A stretch of 64,000 nucleotides of DNA. Origin: a virus (Duplodnaviria > Caudoviricetes). Positions 18,609 through 25,904 of the stretch are shown piece after piece; the first letter of the stretch is position 1, and each line of letters begins with the position of its first letter. Under the pieces are notes generated by a model that saw only the letters and a list, made by a program, of their open reading frames with translations, ran no database searches and was not told the DNA's origin. The position numbers and the translations under genes were made by a program. The DNA lies in the IMG/VR virus record IMGVR_UViG_2681813214_000004, positions 8,537-72,536 of that record. One strand, written 5' to 3'.

Positions 18609-18772
18609 TGGCTGCTCGGGGTTCAATTAAGGCACCGCCTGACCCGGATAGGCAGATTCTTGTGACGTTGCCGCAGTCGAAAATGTTGAAGCTTGTGAGT
18701 AAGGCTGAGGCTGCTGGTGTGTGTACTCATGATTGGGTGCAGTCAAAACTATTGGAGTTAGCTAATGGATGA
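18608..18772 (+). CDS. Small putative ribbon-helix-helix protein (not in ORF track)
   Basis: ILVTLPQSKMLKLVSKAEAAG pattern; TGATG coupling. Confidence 0.4.
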   Translation: MAARGSIKAPPDPDRQILVTLPQSKMLKLVSKAEAAGVCTHDWVQSKLLELANG

Positions 18773-18877
18773 GAAGACGCTAGAGGAGCGTGTTGCGCTG
18801 CTTGAGGCTTGGCAGGCCGATGTGGATGCTGCGGCTACATCGTTCATACGCGGGATATTTGGTCCGCCTGACACCGA

Positions 18878-19309
18878 GTGAGTGGGAATGTACGGCAGAA
18901 GGCCGGGGAGAATGCGGCTAAGGTAGATCGCCTGTATCAGAAGGCGCGGCAGCGGGCTAAACGTAAGTCGCAGATTTGTGTGCACTGCCACGAGGCTGTG
19001 GATTTGAGTTTGAAGTCTATTTGCCGGTTTGTGGATACTTCTGGATACTCTGTTGAGCGGGCGCGCGAGATTCCGTTTTATTGTGGTGATCCGGGGTGTA
19101 AGGGTAGCCATTCGCGTAAGCCTAATCCTTGGTCGTGGTCTGCTAACCATAAGATTCCTGTTGATCAGTTGCCGCCTGATTCGCCGTTGTTGTATGACGA
19201 CTCAAATATTGAGGCTATGCATTTGCGGTGCAATAAGCAGGTTAACAAGTATGGCGCGGAGTCGCCGCGTGAGAAGAAGTTTAGGACATCCCGTGACTGG
19301 TTCCTGTAG
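18878..19309 (+). CDS. HNH endonuclease (packaging-associated type)
   Basis: CVHC...WSWSANHKIPV...NIEAMHLRCNK and terminal TSRDW. Confidence 0.8.
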   Translation: MSGNVRQKAGENAAKVDRLYQKARQRAKRKSQICVHCHEAVDLSLKSICRFVDTSGYSVERAREIPFYCGDPGCKGSHSRKPNPWSWSANHKIPVDQLPPDSPLLYDDSNIEAMHLRCNKQVNKYGAESPREKKFRTSRDWFL

Positions 19310-19497
19310 TGATTGCATAAGACTGCTGTTGAATTATCCGGTGGGCACCATCCTATGCTCGGGGACTGTGGTGGCTGTTCGTGTGCAAAAGTACAACGGC
19401 TGGGCCGTGACTGATAGCTGGGACACGGAACTGATGAACAGTTATGAGTTGGCACGGGTATTGAGACACGACTTCAGGGTTTTACGGGAGGGCACTG

Positions 19498-19680
19498 ATG
19501 GCGTCTTGTGCTGATTATGTGAAGGTTGCTGAGCAGTTTCAGTGTGTTGAGTGTCCGGAGAAGAATCGGCGTGTCTATTCGTTGAAGTGGATGTTGCAGG
19601 TTCATCTGTTTGCTTATGGGCATCGTGGGTGGCGTGTGGTGTCTGAGGATGCTGATGTGGTGGAGTGGGATAACTCGTGA
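19498..19680 (+). CDS. Small Zn-finger-like protein
   Basis: CVEC...H...GH. Confidence 0.5.
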   Translation: MASCADYVKVAEQFQCVECPEKNRRVYSLKWMLQVHLFAYGHRGWRVVSEDADVVEWDNS

Positions 19681-20083
19681 GCGTCGAATTTGTGTTCGTT
19701 GAGGGTTGGGAAGCGGTCCTCATGGACTTCAAAATGTGGCGCAAGACTTACATGCATATCTGGGATCATCTGCAACACAAAATTGATCTTGAGTGTAGTC
19801 ACCAGGCTTATTGGATAGAGCGTTGTTATGCCTAACCGTGAAACTGGGGTTGACTTCTGGTTTGAGAAGTATCCGGCTGTAGAGGGCTTCGGTTCGCACG
19901 TGTCCGCTGATTATTCGACGCTTGATGCGGTTATTGATTGTTGGTGTGATGATGACCGATATTGATGATTGGGAAGCCGAGTTTGTTGTTTCTCATCGTG
20001 ACAGTCTTGTGCGTTGGTTTGGTTCGTGGGCTTACCGGGATTATGTGGAGAGGCTAATCCAATAAACCGCTATGCAAGGTGCC

Positions 20084-20112
20084 TTGACGGTTGTTGTGTT
20101 TGGGTGTAGCAT
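20084..20112 (+). promoter_or_regulatory. SigA-type promoter for a leaderless toxin-antitoxin transcript
   Basis: TTGACG-17 nt-TAGCAT with ATG at 20120, 8 nt downstream. Confidence 0.7.
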
Positions 20113-20119
20113 TCATTGC

Positions 20120-20354
20120 ATGGAGCTAAGGGATTCGGCTAGGAAGCATGGAATATCTGATGAGGATATTCCATGCCTACGAGAATGCGCTCCGTGTTGT
20201 TGAGTACGAATACCATGGTGAAGAGCGGTTGTTGGTGATTGGACCGGCGCGTGATGGGATGCTGCTGGAGTTGGTGGCGGTTCCTGTTGATGTTCCGGCC
20301 CGGATTATTCACGCTGATCGTCTTCGCCCTAAATACTATGACTATTTGAGGTGA
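20120..20354 (+). pseudogene. Frameshifted RelE/BrnT-like toxin
   Basis: The frame from 20120 reads [17 protein letters not shown]; the cognate C-terminus [12 protein letters not shown]...LELV...[11 protein letters not shown] is in the +1 frame. Confidence 0.7.
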
Positions 20355-20626
20355 TACTGATGACTGTTGCACATGATGATTTGACTGGGTTGGATCAGGT
20401 TGATCCGAAGACTCATCCGGCGCGGGATGCTAGGCATATGCGTCGGATTATTGCGGCTGTGAAGCAGGTTGAGGCTGCCGATAATGAGTTGTATGCGGCT
20501 GTGGCTGCTGCGCGGGCTGCGGGAGATTCGTGGACTGTGATTGCGGTTGGGTTGGGTACGTCTCGTCAGGCCGCTCAGCAGAGGTTTGAGCCTGTATTGA
20601 GGGCCAGTAAAGACGCGCCCCGTTGA
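20351..20626 (+). CDS. Antitoxin with C-terminal HTH
   Basis: [10 protein letters not shown]...[26 protein letters not shown]; overlaps the toxin stop. Confidence 0.75.
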   Translation: MILMTVAHDDLTGLDQVDPKTHPARDARHMRRIIAAVKQVEAADNELYAAVAAARAAGDSWTVIAVGLGTSRQAAQQRFEPVLRASKDAPR

Positions 20627-20630
20627 AATA

Positions 20631-20887
20631 GACACGGGGAAGTGGAGTGATGTCGGTCCCCATGGGACGGCATTGGTATACGCTCCGCGCTACGGCCACG
20701 ACATGACGTGTACGTGGTTGGGGTGACACCGCCAAGGGTGGTGAAGAAACCCGAAAATAACTCCCGGTCGGGGCAGTGACCGGCGCCAATGGATAGGACT
20801 GCAATCCTTCCGGTGAAGATGCCGTTGAGTGGGGCCGAATGGACCCGCGAGTAGATCCTTGCAGGGATCTTCGGCTACTGTCCACCA
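20631..20887 (+). ncRNA. Candidate structured non-coding RNA, two domains, ending in ACCA
   Basis: Nearly continuous hairpins across an ORF-free 257 nt; 20771-20777 GGGCAGT pairs with 20877-20883 ACTGTCC, followed by ACCA; abuts tRNA-Asn. Confidence 0.55.
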
Positions 20888-20888
20888 T

Positions 20889-20962
20889 TGATCTATAGCT
20901 CAATTTGGTAGAGCAGCGCACTGTTAATGCGCGGGTTCCTGGTTCGAGTCCAGGTAGGTCAG
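20889..20962 (+). tRNA. tRNA-Asn(GTT)
   Basis: Acceptor TGATCTA/TAGGTCA; D arm GCTC/GAGC; anticodon arm GCGCA-CTGTTAA-TGCGC; T arm CCTGG-TTCGAGT-CCAGG; no encoded CCA. Confidence 0.93.
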
Positions 20963-20963
20963 C

Positions 20964-20999
20964 AAGGCTTGGTTGGTGGTTCGAGTCCACCTGCGATTG
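20964..20999 (+). pseudogene. Isolated tRNA 3' half
   Basis: AA-GGCTT, GGTT, perfect T arm GGTGG-TTCGAGT-CCACC, acceptor strand TGCGATT-G. Confidence 0.7.
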
Positions 21000-21055
21000 T
21001 TGCCTGGCGTGCACGTTGGGAGCTGGTGCTTAGTTCGCGCGAAAGTTACTGGTGC

Positions 21056-21096
21056 GATCGTCGTATACGTCTCAATTGGTAGAGCGGAGCCGTTAA
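21056..21096 (+). pseudogene. Isolated degenerate tRNA 5' half
   Basis: D arm CTC-AATTGGTA-GAG followed by GAGCC-GTTAA; no T arm follows. Confidence 0.6.
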
Positions 21097-21105
21097 CGTT
21101 GTGTA

Positions 21106-21177
21106 GCCCTGCGTAGCTCAATGGTAGAGCGGCGGTTTGTGGCACCGCAGATCCGGGTCCGATTCCTGGCGCGTGGA
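21106..21177 (+). tRNA. tRNA-His(GTG), non-canonical
   Basis: G-1; anticodon arm GCGGT-TTGTGGC-ACCGC; T loop TCCGATT; one acceptor mismatch; A73. Confidence 0.75.
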
Positions 21178-21206
21178 CGTGTTTCTAGATCATATTCGGT
21201 GCCGGG

Positions 21207-21407
21207 TTATAGTTCGGGGTTGAGTCTCGGGTTTTCGCCTGCCACGATGCGTTGTAGGGTTGGGCGTGGTATGTGTGTGGCGTTTTCTAAACGTTTGTAT
21301 CCGTATCCGGCGTTGTTGAGTGCCCGTATTTCGGCGTAGTAGGTGAGTATGTCTAGCCGGAGTCGTTCGGTGGTTTCGGCGAGGTTTTCCAACGCGGGCT
21401 CATTCAT
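21207..21407 (-). CDS. Small HTH DNA-binding protein
   Basis: AGYGYKRLENATHIPRPTLQRIV helix-turn-helix pattern. Confidence 0.7.
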   Translation of the reverse strand: MNEPALENLAETTERLRLDILTYYAEIRALNNAGYGYKRLENATHIPRPTLQRIVAGENPRLNPEL

Positions 21408-21456
21408 ATGCTCAAATACTCCCAGCTAGCCAATTTAAAGCTGTGCATTGTTGATG

Positions 21457-21771
21457 TCACTGTGACGTTATGGTGCGGGTGTTGAGGATGGTTAATCCCT
21501 CGTACCATTGGCCCCATGTTTCTATCCATGCTAGTTCGGCCTGGTTTTTTGTTGTGAACACGGCTACTTGGCTGACTGTGATGCCGTTGGGGAGTGTGCG
21601 GTCGAGGGTTGGCCACCATTCTTCATCGAAGCAGGGTCCTCCCCAGTAGTGGCCGTCTGGGTTTTGGATGACCCATCCTTTTTGGCCGGTGTAGTAGCGG
21701 GTTTTCTGCCATAGGGCGCGGGCTGGGTTTTTTCCTTGCTGTACTTTTTCGGTTCGATGCAGGATTCGCAT
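21457..21771 (-). CDS. Hypothetical protein
   Basis: GGGAG RBS; leftward island. Confidence 0.6.
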   Translation of the reverse strand: MRILHRTEKVQQGKNPARALWQKTRYYTGQKGWVIQNPDGHYWGGPCFDEEWWPTLDRTLPNGITVSQVAVFTTKNQAELAWIETWGQWYEGLTILNTRTITSQ

Positions 21772-21852
21772 CTCTAATTCTCCCAGCTTGGCGTATTAAT
21801 CCATTTGCAAAGTAGCTCGGTAATCGGGTGTTTTGGTATGTGGCTGTTGTGG

Positions 21853-22041
21853 CTACGGGATAGCCCAGTATTCGCAGCGGTTGTTTGTTGGGTTGCATGC
21901 GATGGCGGGTCCGCTGTTGGTGTATGGGGGTACTTCCCATGTGGGTTGTAGTGGCCCGTTGTATCCGGGTTGGTATTGGCAGACGTTGAACTGTTCGCAT
22001 GGTGCTGTGTAGATGGCTAGTGCTAGTAGCGTGGTGATCAT
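21853..22041 (-). CDS. Small secreted Cys-containing protein
   Basis: Hydrophobic N-terminus MITTLLALAIYTAPC; four Cys. Confidence 0.55.
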   Translation of the reverse strand: MITTLLALAIYTAPCEQFNVCQYQPGYNGPLQPTWEVPPYTNSGPAIACNPTNNRCEYWAIP

Positions 22042-22226
22042 TAGGACAGTGTTTCCGCCCGAACAGCCTTGGCTGTCTCTATAAGCTTGGGTAGCCCCTG
22101 TAGCACCTTTTCGGCGTCTTCAATTGTGAGCGCCAGCCATGATGTGCATTGCTTGCCAAAGAACCTAAGCTCTATTTCGTCATGTGACGTAGTGAGCTGC
22201 ACATTCTCGTTTATGTCGATTCTCAT
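22041..22226 (-). CDS. Hypothetical protein
   Basis: AAGGA RBS; TAATG coupling. Confidence 0.55.
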   Translation of the reverse strand: MRIDINENVQLTTSHDEIELRFFGKQCTSWLALTIEDAEKVLQGLPKLIETAKAVRAETLS

Positions 22227-22528
22227 TTCAGCTTTCCTTGTGTTGCTGTAGGTAGGCGACTAGTTGCCTATGTGTTTCTTTTATGTACTTGCGTACCGGG
22301 TTTAGGTTCAGTCCGATAGCTTCGGGCGCCTGTTCTATACGTTCACGACCAGTCATAAAATTCCTCAACATCCACCGTCTGCACCTTTAAACCCTTGATC
22401 TTCTCTAGCGCGTCCCCGATAGCCCAGACGTCTATGGGTTCTGTGTATGTGAAGTCAACGTATAGCTTGTACTCCTTGCGTTCACGCCCGGTCATCATTG
22501 ACCCTCTAGGTCGATTATTGTGAGTAGA

Positions 22529-22891
22529 TCAGTCGCGGTCAATGAAGTAGTCGAGAATCGTGGTCAAATGGTCGGCGCTACCCATAGACCACCGATCGGC
22601 ACCCCAATACCCCTCTAGCGTCGGGTTACTCCCACCACTGGCCGTAATCTCGATGTGTGGGCCACCAATGGTGAGTACTACCGCGAAGTCCCTACCGCGT
22701 TCGTCCACCACTTCCAACGGCCATTCTCCGATGGCATCGTTAACGTCGTACTCGTCTACGGGAACCCCGTAATCCTCAGCTAAGCGCGCTGTAGCTTCTT
22801 CATCGCCACCCAATGCGGCCGCGTAGTCCTTGATGGTTTGATCCGTGGCCCTCATCTGGTCGATAAGTAGTTGCTTGTCACGTTCGGTCAT
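22529..22891 (-). CDS. Conserved phage hypothetical protein
   Basis: VVLTIGGPHIEI...LEGYWG motif; AGAGG RBS. Confidence 0.65.
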   Translation of the reverse strand: MTERDKQLLIDQMRATDQTIKDYAAALGGDEEATARLAEDYGVPVDEYDVNDAIGEWPLEVVDERGRDFAVVLTIGGPHIEITASGGSNPTLEGYWGADRWSMGSADHLTTILDYFIDRD

Positions 22892-22921
22892 TGTTCTAGC
22901 CTCTCTATTAGTTGGTATGGG

Positions 22922-23062
22922 TTAGGCGATTGTGTCTGGTCTGCCGATGATTGATTCTATGTATCGGGTTATATTGTCGGCTTGCTTGTCGGTGATGTTC
23001 TGCCAGCGGGCGGCCCAATTATCGCCGCTCTCATCGGTTGCTTCGATCCAAAACTTAGCCAT
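22922..23062 (-). CDS. Small hypothetical protein (not in ORF track)
   Basis: AAGGA RBS; MAKFWIEATDESG... Confidence 0.5.
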   Translation of the reverse strand: MAKFWIEATDESGDNWAARWQNITDKQADNITRYIESIIGRPDTIA

Positions 23063-23091
23063 TGTTTCTATCCTTGGTATGTAGTAGGGGA

Positions 23092-23280
23092 TTAGGACTC
23101 GTACGGGGCGCGCAGTGAGAGCAGTTCGGCCATATCGGTTGGCGATCCGATAGGGTGCGAGTTCGCGTGAGCCACAACTTGCGCCTTAGTTCCGATGAAT
23201 ACCGCCATCTCGGGATCGCGTGTGCCATCTACTTTGCGGCTGTAGTAGTCGCAGTAGGTGCAGTAGTATTGCTCACTCAT
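23092..23280 (-). CDS. Zn-finger-like small protein
   Basis: CTYC...H...H. Confidence 0.55.
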   Translation of the reverse strand: MSEQYYCTYCDYYSRKVDGTRDPEMAVFIGTKAQVVAHANSHPIGSPTDMAELLSLRAPYES

Positions 23281-23319
23281 CAGTTCATTCCTTACTTGTG
23301 TGTAGTGGCTAGAGAGCAG

Positions 23320-23541
23320 TTAGTCGCAGTAGCGCAGATCAGCGGCAATGTTCGTTCGGAACATGTACCCGTGGTGCATGCAGTCGGGCGAATAAGTGGT
23401 GATCTGGTGATTTGTGAACCGGTGAAACTGCCCAGAATGTCCGCAGTCGCAACCGGGGGCGCATATGTGGGACTCGCAGATGCAATGCGGACCGAGCTGC
23501 TGTGAACGCGGTGGGACTGTGAGCGAATCACGAGTTTTCAT
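23320..23541 (-). CDS. Cys/His-rich small protein
   Basis: HCICESHIC...CDC...C...C. Confidence 0.5.
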   Translation of the reverse strand: MKTRDSLTVPPRSQQLGPHCICESHICAPGCDCGHSGQFHRFTNHQITTYSPDCMHHGYMFRTNIAADLRYCD

Positions 23542-23545
23542 GTCT

Positions 23546-23734
23546 CTATCTCGTCTCTTGCGTAGCGGCTAGGTGGCGCCGCATTGCTTCTGATTGGTCA
23601 CCCGCATAGGGCATTGCCGCCGCGATACGACTCGTGTCCCACAGTCGCCAATCTGATCCACGTTGAACAATCGCCTGTAGGTCTGGCACCCGCGCTAACG
23701 CTGCCCGCAGGGTGATCCGATCTTCTTTTCTCAT
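23546..23734 (-). CDS. Hypothetical protein
   Basis: GGGGAG RBS. Confidence 0.5.
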   Translation of the reverse strand: MRKEDRITLRAALARVPDLQAIVQRGSDWRLWDTSRIAAAMPYAGDQSEAMRRHLAATQETR

Positions 23735-23747
23735 GTCTCCATCTCCC

Positions 23748-23933
23748 CTATAGGTAGTCTTTTGGCGCGTCTACGACTGTGCCCATGCTTGGGTTGTCTG
23801 CGAGCGATTGGATGAACCCGCGTGCCGCTTCTTCTGTGGGTAGCGCTACCGGCCCTATTCCGTCCTCGTCTTGCACCCATACATGGAATTGGACGGCACC
23901 GCTTTCGGTGATTGCTTCGTAGTAGGTGCTCAT
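23748..23933 (-). CDS. Hypothetical protein
   Basis: AAGGA RBS. Confidence 0.55.
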   Translation of the reverse strand: MSTYYEAITESGAVQFHVWVQDEDGIGPVALPTEEAARGFIQSLADNPSMGTVVDAPKDYL

Positions 23934-23959
23934 TGGTCTAGTTCCTTATCGGTAGTTGG

Positions 23960-24124
23960 CTAGCGATTCGGTGTCAGCATCCGCACGGGAACGCTACAAA
24001 GGATGAAGGGCTCGCCGAACTCATCGGTTCCAGACAGGCTGGCGTAGCGTCCGCTCTGGCTTATCTGAGTGATGGTGGCGTGTAGGTCTGCTTCACCGAA
24101 TGTAACGAGATCTCCTGTTTTCAT
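23960..24124 (-). CDS. Small beta-barrel-like protein, first gene after the leftward promoter (not in ORF track)
   Basis: MKTGDLVTFG...; AAGGGA RBS. Confidence 0.55.
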   Translation of the reverse strand: MKTGDLVTFGEADLHATITQISQSGRYASLSGTDEFGEPFILCSVPVRMLTPNR

Positions 24125-24156
24125 TGGTCTATGTCCCTTCCCTAAGCCGATAACTA

Positions 24157-24185
24157 ACGGTACCGCTACGATACCCCTATGTCAA
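24157..24185 (-). promoter_or_regulatory. Near-consensus SigA promoter driving the leftward island
   Basis: TTGACA-17 nt-TACCGT on the minus strand. Confidence 0.75.
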
Positions 24186-24348
24186 CCCCATGAATCGAAA
24201 ATCTTTTCAACCGCATCATGCTCACCCCGCACAGCGGCTAGAACACACACGCAACCAGGCGCGAACAACCGGCCTACCCAACACCCGCATTCCACATCTA
24301 AACGCGCCACACGCCCATCTGGGAGCCTTTTATGCCCCGTCCGTGTGA

Positions 24349-24585
24349 TCACCGGGAACACCCCCATGTAACCCACACACCCAGTACAGGTATGCGCCAC
24401 CCACGCCCACACACCACAGGCACAGACAGCCCCTCCTTAGTGGCCTCATATCCGCCCCATATGGATGCCCACACCTCAGCTTCGGGCACACCCAGATACT
24501 CCACGTACCGCTCATATGCGGCCTGTTCACCGTAGGCGGCACCTGTGACACGTAGTTCCGCGTCAATCTCCGACATGGCGCTCAT
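24349..24585 (-). CDS. Hypothetical protein
   Basis: ATGA coupling. Confidence 0.5.
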   Translation of the reverse strand: MSAMSEIDAELRVTGAAYGEQAAYERYVEYLGVPEAEVWASIWGGYEATKEGLSVPVVCGRGWRIPVLGVWVTWGCSR

Positions 24586-24845
24586 CGGGTAACCCCAACA
24601 AAACGGGCCTGCACCCGGCTATAACCGAACGGTGTATGCGCCCTACCCCGCATAGGGTCTTTCTTAGTAGGGGTCACATTGTGCCGCCTATACAGTTCTG
24701 CTAGTACATCCAACGGGTCAGCGCTACCAACAGCGAGGCTAGACCGCATACCCCCATATTCAATACACACAGCGGCCACCACATTGGATGCACCATAGGT
24801 ACGCATAGCGTGGTCGTACTTCTCAAGCGTCGTATAGCTGGTCAT
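24582..24845 (-). CDS. Hypothetical protein
   Basis: ATG with AGGA RBS. Confidence 0.5.
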   Translation of the reverse strand: MTSYTTLEKYDHAMRTYGASNVVAAVCIEYGGMRSSLAVGSADPLDVLAELYRRHNVTPTKKDPMRGRAHTPFGYSRVQARFVGVTR

Positions 24846-24869
24846 GACGATTGTCCTATCTGTTGGGTT

Positions 24870-25150
24870 CCTATCAACACCCACCACACAACCACACCAC
24901 AGGTACCACCACAATACCCCAACACTATCTATTCACAGCTAATTGAATACGCACACACATACACACATACAAGCTATCTATAGCGTTATTAGCCACACAC
25001 CCACACCAACACACACCGCCACCTGCACAAACACACACAACACCTAGTGAACAAACACCACACACCAGCTATCACCATCTCAAGCAAACATGAGACAACA
25101 AACATGCCCTGACCTGCACAAACACAACCCCCTGGGGAGTGCCCCTCGCA
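24870..25150. repeat. CA-rich low-complexity intergenic region with short palindromes; divergent control region or probable genome end
   Basis: Extreme C/A skew; ACCTGCACAAACAC twice (about 25021 and 25112); TATTCA-N8-TGAATA at 24930-24949. Confidence 0.6.
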
Positions 25151-25424
25151 AACATGCAGGTACCGCCTTCAACTGCTAGCGGACGCTCTCTCTCTGGGGT
25201 TTCCTGGGCGATATTTTTCACTTATTTGCAGGTTTCATCGCGCATTGAAAGGTGCGACCTGCGGTTTTCGAGCATTTTCCAGGAGGTTTTCGTGATTTAT
25301 CCAATGAGTGACTGGGAATTGCTTGCCTGGTACATCCGGGCGCGTATTCAGGCTCGTGATTGGGAGCTTCTTCCATCTGATCCGTTCGACGCGTCGGAAT
25401 GGTTTGGTGCAGGGGGATTCGTTG

Positions 25425-25553
25425 ATGTCTGATGAGTTTGATGAGGTGGACCCGGAGTGGTACGAGTGGGCGGGCTCTTTTCTTGGAACGAATGCACGCC
25501 ATCCTTGGCTGATTTATTGCGAAGGTAACCCGACGACTGTGACTAGCCGGTGA
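25425..25553 (+). CDS. Small hypothetical protein
   Basis: MSDEFDEVDPEW...HPWLIYCEGNP. Confidence 0.45.
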   Translation: MSDEFDEVDPEWYEWAGSFLGTNARHPWLIYCEGNPTTVTSR

Positions 25554-25714
25554 GCACTGTTCATGTGCTGCCAATCAATGACTTGATTGAGCATGAAGAT
25601 GTGGGTGATGACTGTTGTTGTGGCCCGGATATTGAGCCTGTTGTTCGCGACGATGGTTCGTGTGGCTGGGTGGTGACTCATCATTCTTTGGATGGGCGGG
25701 AGCGGTTTGAATGA
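25550..25714 (+). CDS. Conserved actinophage small protein (not in ORF track)
   Basis: VHVLPINDLIEH...CCCGP...RDDGSCGWVVTHHSLDGRE motif; GTGA and ATGA overlaps. Confidence 0.7.
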   Translation: MSTVHVLPINDLIEHEDVGDDCCCGPDIEPVVRDDGSCGWVVTHHSLDGRERFE

Positions 25715-25872
25715 ATGAGCCGCTTGATTGGGTCAGTCGTTCGCATTGGCTGATCTATTACGAAGGCAACCCGAACGAGTTCCGAACAATGAGTATTAAC
25801 GAATTCATGGAAACTGTGGGGCTTGAGGACGCAGGTCTGACGATGACCGTCCGCTGGCCTGATAAACAATAA
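25711..25872 (+). CDS. Small hypothetical protein (not in ORF track)
   Basis: HWLIYYEGNP motif; ATGA overlap. Confidence 0.45.
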   Translation: MNEPLDWVSRSHWLIYYEGNPNEFRTMSINEFMETVGLEDAGLTMTVRWPDKQ

Positions 25873-25904
25873 GTTCAGGAACTTTATTCATCACTGGGGG
25901 TGTT

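Noticed and set aside
20791-20887. tRNA-Sec-like appearance (TCCGGTGAAG and GGGGCC...CCC arms, about 97 nt)
   Set aside because: No TCA anticodon arm and no T loop; only 12 nt lie where the anticodon arm should be, and a better closing stem starts at 20771
20631-20887. Canonical tmRNA, RNase P RNA or SRP RNA
   Set aside because: Lacks the tmRNA T arm and tag ORF, the RNase P GAGGAAAGTCC core and the SRP GGAA-loop motif; kept only as an unclassified RNA candidate
24870-25135. CRISPR array or microsatellite
   Set aside because: No regularly spaced identical repeats; only compositional CA bias
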